Assembly: GCA_043720395.1 (NCBI GenBank)
Contig: JAYSSR010000040.1
Location: 45,639-109,638 of the forward strand
Source of the DNA: Acidimicrobiia bacterium
GTDB taxonomy: Bacteria; Actinomycetota; Acidimicrobiia; Acidimicrobiales; JANYDT01
Reading direction: 5' to 3'
Length of the DNA: 64,000 bases
Within the stretch, counting starts at the first letter, position 1; each line of letters starts with the position of its first letter. This document shows, one piece after another, positions 55,713-64,000 of this stretch. The position numbers and the translations under genes were made by a program. The notes below the pieces were generated by a model. The model was not told where the DNA came from and made no database searches. It saw only the letters and a list, made by a program, of their open reading frames with translations.

Positions 55713-56087
55713 TTGATCTCCGTGTCGCAGTTCCTCCGCTCCTATCTGACCATCGCCTTCCTGGCCGGGGCCGCGTTTCTTCTGGTCGGCGGCACGCTCG
55801 CACTCTCGCGACTGGTACGCCCGAAGCGTCCGAGCGCTGAGAAATTGGTGGCGTACGAGTCCGGCGTCGATCCGGTCGGCACCGGGTGGTCGCAGTCTCA
55901 GATTCGCTATTACATCTTTGCCCTCCTGTTCGTGATGTTCGACGTGGAAGCGGTCTTCCTCTTCCCGTGGGCGCTGCGACTCGAGTACTTCGGTGTGTTC
56001 GGTCTCGTGGAGATGGGTGCCTTCGTTGGCATCCTCCTGCTCGGTCTGCTCTACGCGTGGCGCAAGGGCGTGCTGCGCTGGGTCTGA
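55713..56087 (+). CDS. nuoA: NADH-quinone oxidoreductase subunit A, second divergent copy (nuoA2)
   Basis: [10 protein letters not shown]...[25 protein letters not shown]; 124 aa, starting 2 nt after the nuoN stop. Confidence 0.85.
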   Translation: MISVSQFLRSYLTIAFLAGAAFLLVGGTLALSRLVRPKRPSAEKLVAYESGVDPVGTGWSQSQIRYYIFALLFVMFDVEAVFLFPWALRLEYFGVFGLVEMGAFVGILLLGLLYAWRKGVLRWV

Positions 56088-56133
56088 CCCCGACGCATCA
56101 CACGAAATATCGCCGGAATCTGAGGAACCAGTC

Positions 56134-56649
56134 ATGGGCATTGTCGAAAAGGGTTTGCTGGGAAAGAAGGGCGCAAAACCGCTCACCTGGCTGTTGAACT
56201 ACAGCCGCAAGTACTCCCTCTGGTGTTACCAGTGGGGTCTCGCGTGCTGCGCGATCGAAATGGGGGCTGCGTTCGCATCGCCTCGCTACGACGTGATGCG
56301 CCTCGGGGTCATCCCGTTCCCGGCATCGCCGCGCCAAGCCGACCTCATCGTTGTGTCCGGCACCGTGACCGACAAGATGGCACCGGCGATCAAGCGCCTC
56401 TACGAACAGATGCCCGAACCGAAGTACGTGATCTCCATGGGGAGCTGTGCGAACTGTGGCGGTCCCTACTGGGATTCGTATTCGGTCATGAAGGGTGTCG
56501 ACCAGATCGTGCCCGTCGATGTGTACGTGCCGGGCTGTCCTCCGCGTCCGGAAGCCCTTCTCGAAGGGATCGTGCTCCTCCAAGAGCGCATCCAGAATGA
56601 GGACATGGCCACGAAGTGGCGTGGCGATCCCATTGTTGTCGGGGAGTAA
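56134..56649 (+). CDS. nuoB: NADH-quinone oxidoreductase subunit B, second divergent copy (nuoB2)
   Basis: [68 protein letters not shown]. All four N2-cluster Cys positions are retained. Confidence 0.85.
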   Translation: MGIVEKGLLGKKGAKPLTWLLNYSRKYSLWCYQWGLACCAIEMGAAFASPRYDVMRLGVIPFPASPRQADLIVVSGTVTDKMAPAIKRLYEQMPEPKYVISMGSCANCGGPYWDSYSVMKGVDQIVPVDVYVPGCPPRPEALLEGIVLLQERIQNEDMATKWRGDPIVVGE

Positions 56650-56777
56650 CCCGGAATAGTCCCGAGTAGCCCGGTTCGGGGACCGATGCGGGTAGCCGGT
56701 CGGTAAGGGCGCGTCGCCCTCGCCCGCGATGCGTCCTGAGCGAATGGCGGGATGACTGTTCGGTACGGTCGGCGGCC

Positions 56778-59700
56778 GTGGAGAAGTCGAAAGCGCCGAG
56801 CGATGCCGACGACGGTATCCATGTAGCGGTCGACGTCGGCAGCTTGCGGCGAACGGCGGTAGTTCGTCCGGGTCGCGATGTGACCTGGGCCGACGTACTT
56901 TCCGCGCTTCGACCGGGTGCGGTGGACGACCTGTCGGTGGACGGCGTCCCCGTCCGTTGCGGCTGGCCGGTGGTCGCGCTGCAGCGTGGCTCGTTGCTCA
57001 CCCTGGGCGTGGCGAAGACACGACTGCTACCCAAGTGCCCGGATTCGGTGCCGCTCGTGGTGCGCGTGCTCACGGGTCCGCTCGCTGGATCGACCATCGG
57101 CCTCCCCGCGGGCACGACCGTATTCGGACGGGAACAGTTGGGCGATCCGACCGTGTCCGTTCGCCACGCCGCATTCCACGTCATCTTCGCACCGGACGGT
57201 GAACCCGTGGTGCACGTCGCCGATCTCGCTTCTACGAATGGCACGACCGTCGAAGGTCTCCCAATCGGACAGGGATGGCATCCGATCGAAGACAACGCCT
57301 CGATGGTGGTCGCATTCGGCCGATGTCTCCTACGTGCGGAAGCCGCGACCGAGGTAACCGCCGCACCACGTCTCCTCGGTCGCGACGGCCGGATACCGGT
57401 GCAGCGATCGCCACGTCTCAACATTGTTGAACGTGCCCAACCGATCGGCGTACCCGCGGCGCAAAAAGCACCCGGGTTGTCGCGCCTGCGCCTCTCGACC
57501 ATGTTCCTCCCGCTGATTCTGGCCGCGGTGATGGTGAAGGTCACTCATCAGCTGACGTTCGCCCTGTTCGCGTTGCTGTCGCCGCTCACCATGTTGGGCA
57601 ACCACCTTGAGGATCGTGGCAAGCGTCGGAGCGTTGGCCGACGCGGTGCGGCGCAGAGCCGTGCAGAGCTGGCGGCCTTCGAGGCCGAAACACGAGACAG
57701 TCGAGCCGTCGAACGGCGTCGCCGCTTCGATCAGTTCCCTGACCTCGCGCGAATCGCCGAGACGTGCGCTATCGCGGACGCTGCATTGTGGGCACGACAA
57801 CCTGACCACTCCGACTCACGAGCCGTCGTGCTCGGCTATGCATCGCAGCGTTGGCAGCCGCCGCTTCGACCGGAACCGACGGGGTCCGAGCCGGATCACA
57901 TCATCGAGGCCATCGAACGGACGAAAGACCTGGGCGAAGTGCCGCTCGTAACCGAGATCGTCGCGGGTCGTTGCATCGGGATCCACGGCGAACGTGAAGC
58001 GGTTCGAGCGATGGCCAGATCGCTCCTGATCCAGGCGGCGGCGCACCGGAGCCCCGCCGATCTCGCCATCTCGGTTGCACCAACCGCGGCGCGAGAGAGG
58101 TGGGCGTGGACGCATTGGCTTCCACACCGCGGAGTTGGCGACGGCGAGCCTGCGGGGGACGACAGAAGCGAGACGACCGATGTACGGGATCAGCTTTTCC
58201 TGCTTGACCTTCTTGACGAACCCAGGCCGGTTCCTCACAGGTTCGATGCCGCCAGATCTCGCTCGGTGATTGCCCTCGCGCTCACGCCCGAACGGCTTCC
58301 GGCGGGTTGTGGGGTAGTCATCCACACCAACGGACAGCTGGCGGAGGTCATCGATCTCACGCATGGGGTGCGGTTCTCCGAGACGGTCGCGTTGGCCGCA
58401 TCGGCTGAGTTCGCCGATGCGGTAGCGAGGTCGCTCGCCCCCTATGCAGATGTCGATCTCGTGGACGACGCCGCGATGATTCCGATTGCGGTGCCGCTCG
58501 TCGGAATGCTCGGTGTTGAAGGCGTTACTCGCGACAACTCGTCGTCCGCTGCAATGCCCGTCCAAGGGCGATGGGAAGCTGCGCGCGGCCAGACCGGACT
58601 CGCTGTCCCCGTCGGTCGTGATGAGAACGGGCTCGTCGTTGTCGATCTGGTCGCCGACGGACCGCACGCCCTCGTGGCCGGAACAACGGGATCCGGGAAG
58701 AGTGAGCTTCTACGCAGCTGGCTGGTCGCTCTGGCCGCAACCTATTCACCGGATGAACTCAACTTCGTGCTGATCGATTACAAGGGAGGAAGTGCGTTCG
58801 CCGCATGCGCAAGCCTTCCCCACACGGCCGGGCTGGTGACGGATCTCGATGGTCACCTCGCGGCGCGGGCGTTGCGGTGTCTCGATGCGGAGATCGTGCG
58901 CCGTGAGCGGATTCTCCGCGATGCCGAAGTGATGGATCTCCCGGCCCTGGTCGTTGCCGGTGGGCACCTCCCCCGGTTGGTCGTCGTGATCGACGAATTC
59001 GCGACGCTTGCCGCCGAGGTCCCGGGATTCGTTGATGCTCTCGTCGGCGTCGCGCAGCGGGGCCGGAGCCTCGGGTTGCACCTCGTGCTGGCGACGCAGC
59101 GTCCATCGGGGGCGGTCAGCGAGAACATTCGCGCGAACACCAACATGCGGATCTCGTTGCGTGTCCAGTCAAGCGCCGATTCGGTGGACGTGATCGGCGA
59201 CCCGGCTGCAGCGCGTCTTCCTCGTCGAGTGCCCGGCCGCGCCCTGATCCGACTCGGGCCGGGAGAGCTGACGACGTTTCAAGCCGCGTACTGCGGCGGT
59301 TCGGCAACCGCAGCGGTGGCGCTTCCGGCGGCGTCCTGGACGGACGAAGATCATCTGTGCACCGATAATCAGCGTGCTGATGATATGCGTGCTGATGATA
59401 TGCGTGCTGATGATATGCGCGCTGAGTTCACCAATGGCGCGACTGCCGCGATGCCGAGAGACGACGACCTCACCAGTCTGGTAAGCGCGATCTGCGCCGC
59501 CGCCATCGACGCGGGGACAACCCCGCCGCATCGACCATGGCCGGACCCGTTGCCTCCCGCGATCGCGCTCCCGCCGACACGGTCCGAGCCTGCGGAGACT
59601 TTGGGCCTTTCGGTCGAGATCGGTGTTGCGGATCTTCCCGACCAGCAGCGATGGGAATCGCTCATCTGGCAACTCGATCGGGGACCGCTTCTCGTGACGG

Positions 59701-61067
59701 GACCTGTCGGCAGTGGCGTCACCTCGACCCTGACGGCGGCGGCGTGTTCAGCAGCGCGAGACCACTCGCCCGATCACCTCCAGCTCCACGTGATCGACTT
59801 CGGTGTCGGAGCGTTGCTGCCCTTACGCGGCCTTCCCCATGCCGGCGACATTCTCGGCCTGGCTGATCGGGAACGACTTCGACGCTGCGCTCGCTGGCTC
59901 GACGGCGAGCTTTCGGTTCGTCGTGCGGCACTGGTCACGGCTGAGCTGTCACGTTGGTCCGACCTTGTCGGGCCGGACACACCGCCGCGAGTCCTGATCG
60001 TGATCGATCAGTATCAAGCACTGCGCTCGGAACTCGACTCACCCGACGGGCATGCGACCTTGGAGACGTTGCACCGCGTCATCGCAGACGGAACCGCGGT
60101 GGGCTTGCACGTCGCCGTGGGCGTTGATCGTCTCCAGGCCGTACCCGCAGCGGTCCTCGGCGCGTTCGTGCAGCGCCTCGTGCTTGGTGCGCGGGAACGC
60201 TTCGAGGTGGCCATGGCCGGCGCGAAGGTCGATGAACTCCCGCCGCCAATTCCGGGACGTGGGATCGACATCCCCGAGGCTCGGGAGGTTCAGATATTCC
60301 AGGTCGAAGGGTTGGTCGAAGTGGTCGCTCACCTGCATGAGACGTGGGGGGCACCGTCCGTCGCTGCCCATCGATCACCCGTGCTTCCCACTGCGGTGGC
60401 CCGTGCCGACCTGGGCATGAGCGGTGTGGCTTTGCCCGTGGGTCTCGGAGATCGCGACGTGGGCACTGTCGGCTTCGATCTCGTGAGTGGCGAAGGTCTG
60501 ATGGTGGTCGGCCCGGGACGTTCCGGCCGCAGTTCGACGCTCGCGCTCCTGGCCAGACAGGTTCGGTCGGCGGACCCAGAACGGGCTCTGATGTTCGTCA
60601 CACCACGGACTTCGACGCCGATGGAGCGGGCGCGAGAAATGCTCGGCGATGCTGTGGCAGTGGTGGCGTCGGATGCAGCCGCCGTTGCAGATGCAGCGCG
60701 TGCGGTTCTCGATCTCGGTCACCGCGTCGCGCTCTTCATCGACGACGCCGAGCACCTGGACGACCCGACGCGGGCTTTGGAGCGACTCCTCCTCGCACGT
60801 CCTCCGGGCCTGTGGGTCTGCGCTGCCGGTCGAGTCGATGCGCTGCGCAGCGCCTACGGACATTGGACCATGCCGATCAGACGGACTCGAACGGGTATTG
60901 CGTTACGCCCGAATCTCGACACGGACGGAGACGTGTTTGCCACCCCGCTCCCACGTCGCGGCGGGCCGTTCCCACCCGGCCGCGGGTGCCTCATCCGCGA
61001 TGGCGACGTCGAGGTTGTGCAGCTCGCACTGTGGAACGAGGTCGCACGAGAGTTAGGGTCGCTCTGA
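56778..61067 (+). CDS. FHA-domain / triple FtsK-SpoIIIE ATPase membrane protein (EssC/EccC-like architecture)
   Basis: 1429 aa. FHA-like GTTVFGRE...VSVRHAAFHV...LASTNGTTVEG, two TM helices around res 245-285, and a canonical P-loop GTTGSGKSE (58680-58703) with VVIDEF and LVLATQRPSG. Two further P-loop-like sites are degenerate: GPVGSGVTS (59700-59726) and GPGRSGRSS (60510-60536). Confidence 0.8.
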   Translation: MEKSKAPSDADDGIHVAVDVGSLRRTAVVRPGRDVTWADVLSALRPGAVDDLSVDGVPVRCGWPVVALQRGSLLTLGVAKTRLLPKCPDSVPLVVRVLTGPLAGSTIGLPAGTTVFGREQLGDPTVSVRHAAFHVIFAPDGEPVVHVADLASTNGTTVEGLPIGQGWHPIEDNASMVVAFGRCLLRAEAATEVTAAPRLLGRDGRIPVQRSPRLNIVERAQPIGVPAAQKAPGLSRLRLSTMFLPLILAAVMVKVTHQLTFALFALLSPLTMLGNHLEDRGKRRSVGRRGAAQSRAELAAFEAETRDSRAVERRRRFDQFPDLARIAETCAIADAALWARQPDHSDSRAVVLGYASQRWQPPLRPEPTGSEPDHIIEAIERTKDLGEVPLVTEIVAGRCIGIHGEREAVRAMARSLLIQAAAHRSPADLAISVAPTAARERWAWTHWLPHRGVGDGEPAGDDRSETTDVRDQLFLLDLLDEPRPVPHRFDAARSRSVIALALTPERLPAGCGVVIHTNGQLAEVIDLTHGVRFSETVALAASAEFADAVARSLAPYADVDLVDDAAMIPIAVPLVGMLGVEGVTRDNSSSAAMPVQGRWEAARGQTGLAVPVGRDENGLVVVDLVADGPHALVAGTTGSGKSELLRSWLVALAATYSPDELNFVLIDYKGGSAFAACASLPHTAGLVTDLDGHLAARALRCLDAEIVRRERILRDAEVMDLPALVVAGGHLPRLVVVIDEFATLAAEVPGFVDALVGVAQRGRSLGLHLVLATQRPSGAVSENIRANTNMRISLRVQSSADSVDVIGDPAAARLPRRVPGRALIRLGPGELTTFQAAYCGGSATAAVALPAASWTDEDHLCTDNQRADDMRADDMRADDMRAEFTNGATAAMPRDDDLTSLVSAICAAAIDAGTTPPHRPWPDPLPPAIALPPTRSEPAETLGLSVEIGVADLPDQQRWESLIWQLDRGPLLVTGPVGSGVTSTLTAAACSAARDHSPDHLQLHVIDFGVGALLPLRGLPHAGDILGLADRERLRRCARWLDGELSVRRAALVTAELSRWSDLVGPDTPPRVLIVIDQYQALRSELDSPDGHATLETLHRVIADGTAVGLHVAVGVDRLQAVPAAVLGAFVQRLVLGARERFEVAMAGAKVDELPPPIPGRGIDIPEAREVQIFQVEGLVEVVAHLHETWGAPSVAAHRSPVLPTAVARADLGMSGVALPVGLGDRDVGTVGFDLVSGEGLMVVGPGRSGRSSTLALLARQVRSADPERALMFVTPRTSTPMERAREMLGDAVAVVASDAAAVADAARAVLDLGHRVALFIDDAEHLDDPTRALERLLLARPPGLWVCAAGRVDALRSAYGHWTMPIRRTRTGIALRPNLDTDGDVFATPLPRRGGPFPPGRGCLIRDGDVEVVQLALWNEVARELGSL
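59373..59426 (+). repeat. In-frame 15-bp tandem repeat (about 3.5 copies) inside the FtsK-like gene
   Basis: CGTGCTGATGATATG x3 (59373-59417), then the degenerate CGCGCTGAG. It encodes RADDM-RADDM-RADDM-RAE. Confidence 0.9.
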
Positions 61068-61084
61068 AACGAGGAAGGGACGAC

Positions 61085-61972
61085 ATGGGCAGGTTGGATG
61101 GACGAGTAGCGATCGTGACCGGCGCGAGCCGAGGGCTGGGCCGAGCGATGGCACTGGGTCTCGCGGCCGAAGGAGCGTCCGTTGCCGTGGTCGCACGGAC
61201 GGAACAGGTGTGGGACGAGCGACTGCCCGGAACGATTGGTCAGACCGTCACCGATATCGAGGCGGCGGGCGGTCGAGCGGTTGCGATTCGCGCCGATCTC
61301 CTCCAGCCGGAAGATCACGTCCGATTGGTCAACGAGGCGCGAGCCGCCCTCGGCCCGATCACGATCCTTGTCAACAACGCGGCGTTCACGGCACCAGGGC
61401 GTCCGCCGAAACCCGGAGCGACTCCAGTAGCGGCGCGCAAAAAGGTCGCCGCCGAAACCGGTCCGGCAACCGCGAAGGCAGAGTGGCCGAACTTCGCCAC
61501 GACGCCGCTCGGAGCGTTTCGTCGCCACTTCGAGATCGGCGTCTTTGCGGTTTACGAGCTGATGCAGCTCGTGGTTCCGGACATGGCAGCGGCGGGTGGT
61601 GGAGCGATCGTGAACGTGACCTCGGGAGCGTCGAGGATGCCAGGCGACGGTCCGTATCCTGACCGGTCCAGCGGGATGCTTCCGGGCTACGGCGGATCGA
61701 AGGCGGCGCTCGAACACCTCACCCAGTGTGCCGCGTTCGACCTCGCGGGGATGAACATTGCCGTGAACTCCCTGTCTCCGTCCAAGGCGATCCTGACGCC
61801 AGGCGTTGCCTTCTACGCACGGGAGTTCGATGATCTCGGTTCGGAGACCGATTTCGCCGAGGCCGCCGTGCGCCTGTGTCTGGTCGACCCGACCACTGTC
61901 ACCGGCCGCACGATCGGGCACCTCGACGTCCTCGACGGAACCTACCGCGCGTACGGTCATAACCCCAGGTGA
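61085..61972 (+). CDS. Short-chain dehydrogenase/reductase (SDR) with a low-complexity insertion
   Basis: TGASRGLG, NNAA and YGGSKAA (YxxxK). An insertion of about 35 aa, GRPPKPGATPVAARKKVAAETGPATAKAEWPNFATT, follows NNAA. The ATG at 61085 is internal to the 542-aa ORF. Confidence 0.8.
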   Translation: MGRLDGRVAIVTGASRGLGRAMALGLAAEGASVAVVARTEQVWDERLPGTIGQTVTDIEAAGGRAVAIRADLLQPEDHVRLVNEARAALGPITILVNNAAFTAPGRPPKPGATPVAARKKVAAETGPATAKAEWPNFATTPLGAFRRHFEIGVFAVYELMQLVVPDMAAAGGGAIVNVTSGASRMPGDGPYPDRSSGMLPGYGGSKAALEHLTQCAAFDLAGMNIAVNSLSPSKAILTPGVAFYAREFDDLGSETDFAEAAVRLCLVDPTTVTGRTIGHLDVLDGTYRAYGHNPR

Positions 61973-61992
61973 GGTACCCGTAGCTTGGTGCG

Positions 61993-63066
61993 ATGGTCGT
62001 GCGCCCCAACACCCCGCTGGTTCAGGCGCTCAAGATGGTCGCCCCCGGTTCGACGCTGCGCGACGGTCTCGACCGCATCCTCCAGGCCAAGATGGGTGCG
62101 CTCATCGTGGTCGGCGATGGACCGGACGTCTTGGCGGTCTGCTCGGGCGGGTTTCTTCTCGACGCCGAATACTCGCCGCAGCGTTTGAGCGAGCTGGCCA
62201 AGATGGACGGCGCGATCATCCTCGCGTCCGACGCAAGCCGAATCGCTCGGGCGAACGTGCACCTGCTGCCCGATCCGGGCGTACCGACCACGGAGACCGG
62301 GACGCGTCATCGCACCGCAGAACGCGTCGCACGTTCGATCGACGTGCCGGTGATCTCGGTGTCGGAAGAGATGTCGATCATCGCCGTTTACCGGCAGGCC
62401 GACAAGGTCCAGCTCCAAGGCATCGGCGAGGCGCTCGATCGTGCCGGTCAGGCGATTCAGACGCTGGAGCGGTATCGGTCGCGACTCGACCAGGTCCTCG
62501 CACTGCTCTCGCTCCACGAGATCGACGGCACCGTGACCGTACGTGACGTCGCCGTTGCTTACCAGCGCTTGGAAATGGTGCACCGGGTGAGCGAGGAACT
62601 CGGCGGCCAGCTGGTGTCACTGGGTGACGAAGGCCGTCACGTCGAACTGCAACTCGACGAATTGCTCGCCGGGCTCGACCGCGAACGGACCCTCCTCTGT
62701 CGCGACTATGCGATCGACCCGGACGTTTCTGCTCGGTCGCTCGCGAAGCTCGACTCCCACGAGTTGCTCGATCTTGGCCAGGTCGGTCGTGTGCTCGGTC
62801 TCGCCGACCCATCCGGCACTGGCTCGGGCGCAGCGGGTTCGAGGTTGGTGCCGAAGGGCTACCGCTTGCTCTCGCGAGTCCCACGCCTCTCCGATCCGGT
62901 GATCGCCCACGTTGCGACGCACTTCGCCGGGATACCCGATCTGCTGATGGCTACCGTCGCGGCGCTGACTCGCGTGGACGGCGTCGGCGAGGTTCGAGCC
63001 AGGGCAATCCGCGACGGTCTCAGCAGGGCGTCGGAAACGATCCTCAGCGAGGCTCGCGGCCGCTAA
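61993..63066 (+). CDS. disA: DNA integrity scanning protein DisA (diadenylate cyclase)
   Basis: DAC-domain GALIVVG, MDGAIIL and TGTRHRTAERV, with a C-terminal HhH-like region (VDGVGEVRARAIRDGL). Confidence 0.9.
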   Translation: MVVRPNTPLVQALKMVAPGSTLRDGLDRILQAKMGALIVVGDGPDVLAVCSGGFLLDAEYSPQRLSELAKMDGAIILASDASRIARANVHLLPDPGVPTTETGTRHRTAERVARSIDVPVISVSEEMSIIAVYRQADKVQLQGIGEALDRAGQAIQTLERYRSRLDQVLALLSLHEIDGTVTVRDVAVAYQRLEMVHRVSEELGGQLVSLGDEGRHVELQLDELLAGLDRERTLLCRDYAIDPDVSARSLAKLDSHELLDLGQVGRVLGLADPSGTGSGAAGSRLVPKGYRLLSRVPRLSDPVIAHVATHFAGIPDLLMATVAALTRVDGVGEVRARAIRDGLSRASETILSEARGR

Positions 63067-63072
63067 AACGTG

Positions 63073-63732
63073 TCAGGTCGAGCGGTTGGCGAGACGCTTG
63101 CGGTCAACGATGCGGTAGGTACGATCGCGCTGCTCAAGCCAGCCGAGGCGGATGAACGCAGCGATCGCCTTGTTGACGCGCTCACGAGAGGCACCGATCA
63201 TCGAGGCCAATTCTTCCTGGGTGATCGGAAGGCTGAACTCGTCGGAGGTGCCCGCGATCTCCAGGAGACGTTTCGCGGTGCGTCCGGTCACGTCGAGGAA
63301 GACCGAGTCGGCGATCGCTTCGTTGGCGGAACGGAGGCGATCCATGAGCAGCGTGATGACGCTCCACAGGGCCTTCGCGTGCGTCTCGAAATGCGCGCGA
63401 ACGGGTTCGAACGGAACCCGGACGACCTCGCTCGACTCCAGCGCGCGGGCTCCAGCGGAGCGTCCCTTGCCGTCAAACATCGCCATCTCGCCGAACAGAT
63501 CGCCCGGGTCCATGAGGTCGAGCACGGACTCGCGGCCGTCGACCGAGCGGTTCCCGATTGCAATGCGCCCGGACACCGTGATGTACAGCGCGTCGGCCGG
63601 ATCCGTCTCGGCGAACACCATGTCGCCACGCTGGTACGACTGACGCGTCGCTCTAGAGGCGACCTCCACGAGCGCTTCGTCGGTAAAGCCGGAGAAGAAT
63701 GGGATGCTTCGAAGGAACTCCGCGGTGACCAC
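63073..63732 (-). CDS. crp: Crp/Fnr-family cyclic-nucleotide-binding transcriptional regulator
   Basis: cNMP domain DLFGEMAMFDGKGRSAGARALE and HTH TQEELASMIGASRERVNKAIAAF. The GTG start at 63732 is inferred. Confidence 0.85.
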   Translation of the reverse strand: MVTAEFLRSIPFFSGFTDEALVEVASRATRQSYQRGDMVFAETDPADALYITVSGRIAIGNRSVDGRESVLDLMDPGDLFGEMAMFDGKGRSAGARALESSEVVRVPFEPVRAHFETHAKALWSVITLLMDRLRSANEAIADSVFLDVTGRTAKRLLEIAGTSDEFSLPITQEELASMIGASRERVNKAIAAFIRLGWLEQRDRTYRIVDRKRLANRST

Positions 63733-63903
63733 GGCGGTGAGCCTATGCGCCTGTGACGTCCGTCGCTCGTCAGGGTCTCGGGCTGCCCTGGAACGGTTGC
63801 AAACAAAAGAAACCCGACGAAAACCGAGCCCGGCCAGGCGTTTGCTACAATCGTAGGTCGCAATTTCCGATTCAGTTTGGGTCGGTCGCTTCTGAGGAGC
63901 CTC

Positions 63904-64000
63904 ATGCCGTTCGACGTCGGTGACAAGGTCGTGTACCCCCATCATGGGGCCGCGATCATCGAGAAGCGTGAGATGAAGAAGTTCAACGACGAGGAGAAGG
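63904..64000 (+). CDS. carD: CarD-family RNA polymerase-binding transcriptional regulator (5' end only; runs off the window)
   Basis: Manual translation MPFDVGDKVVYPHHGAAIIEKREMKKFNDEEK matches the CarD N-terminal signature (VGD.VVYPHHGAA). GAGGAG lies 5 nt upstream and TACAAT lies at 63846-63851. Confidence 0.8.
   Translation, partial: MPFDVGDKVVYPHHGAAIIEKREMKKFNDEEK

Noticed and set aside
60344-61084. 5' extension of the 542-aa + ORF that contains the SDR.
   Set aside because: It is Arg/Pro/Gly-rich nonsense overlapping, out of frame, the C-terminal ATPase module of the FtsK-like gene. The SDR Rossmann motif starts right after the ATG at 61085.
56778-63066. Calling this region a type VII secretion locus.
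   Set aside because: Only the EssC/EccC-like ATPase is present. I found no WXG100-size ORFs and no EccB/D/E, EssA/B or mycosin. The neighbours are nuoB2, an SDR and disA.
1-64000. Prophage, integrative element, genomic island, or defence system (RM, TA, CBASS, Abi and similar).
   Set aside because: No integrase, transposase, recombinase, tRNA attachment site, phage structural gene or recognisable defence domain was seen on either strand. Gene content is core metabolism, respiration and housekeeping, with apparently uniform high GC.

Overview
High-GC, gene-dense chromosomal window that reads as core Actinomycetota genome: mycothiol mshA, rex-hemACD, actinobacterial-type dapD, lhr, disA and carD. 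The lineage is only a guess. I recognised no rRNA, tRNA, CRISPR array, transposase or integrase. About 63 CDS are called; all family calls come from motifs read by eye in the supplied translations, no searches were run, and start codons are approximate. Layout: (1) 0-23 kb holds housekeeping, repair and regulatory genes (acyl-CoA ligases, MFS, FKBP, Lhr, SurE, AguB-like amidase, Nei, mshA, proC) plus an RsiG-like protein carrying two c-di-GMP-binding-type motifs. (2) 23-32 kb holds rex with a near-consensus Rex operator, then hemA-hemC-hemD-dapD, msrA and hemB-hemL. (3) 33-56.6 kb is a respiratory super-cluster. It starts with a non-canonical split cytochrome b6 / subunit IV / Rieske / dihaem cytochrome c module that includes a 2x[4Fe-4S] ferredoxin, two unassigned membrane proteins and a divergent monohaem cytochrome c. 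That module runs with a 6-nt gap into a complete nuoA-N operon, which ends in an extra, divergent nuoA2-nuoB2 pair. (4) 56.8-64 kb holds a 1429-aa FHA + triple FtsK/SpoIIIE ATPase (EssC/EccC-like) with no other type VII genes in the window, then an SDR, disA, crp and the start of carD. The best candidates for something undescribed are the atypical bc-type module fused to complex I, the terminal nuoA2B2 pair, the orphan FHA-FtsK ATPase with degenerate P-loops, the RsiG-like protein, and several structured intergenic repeat elements (12987-13064, 11175-11236, 20550-20633).
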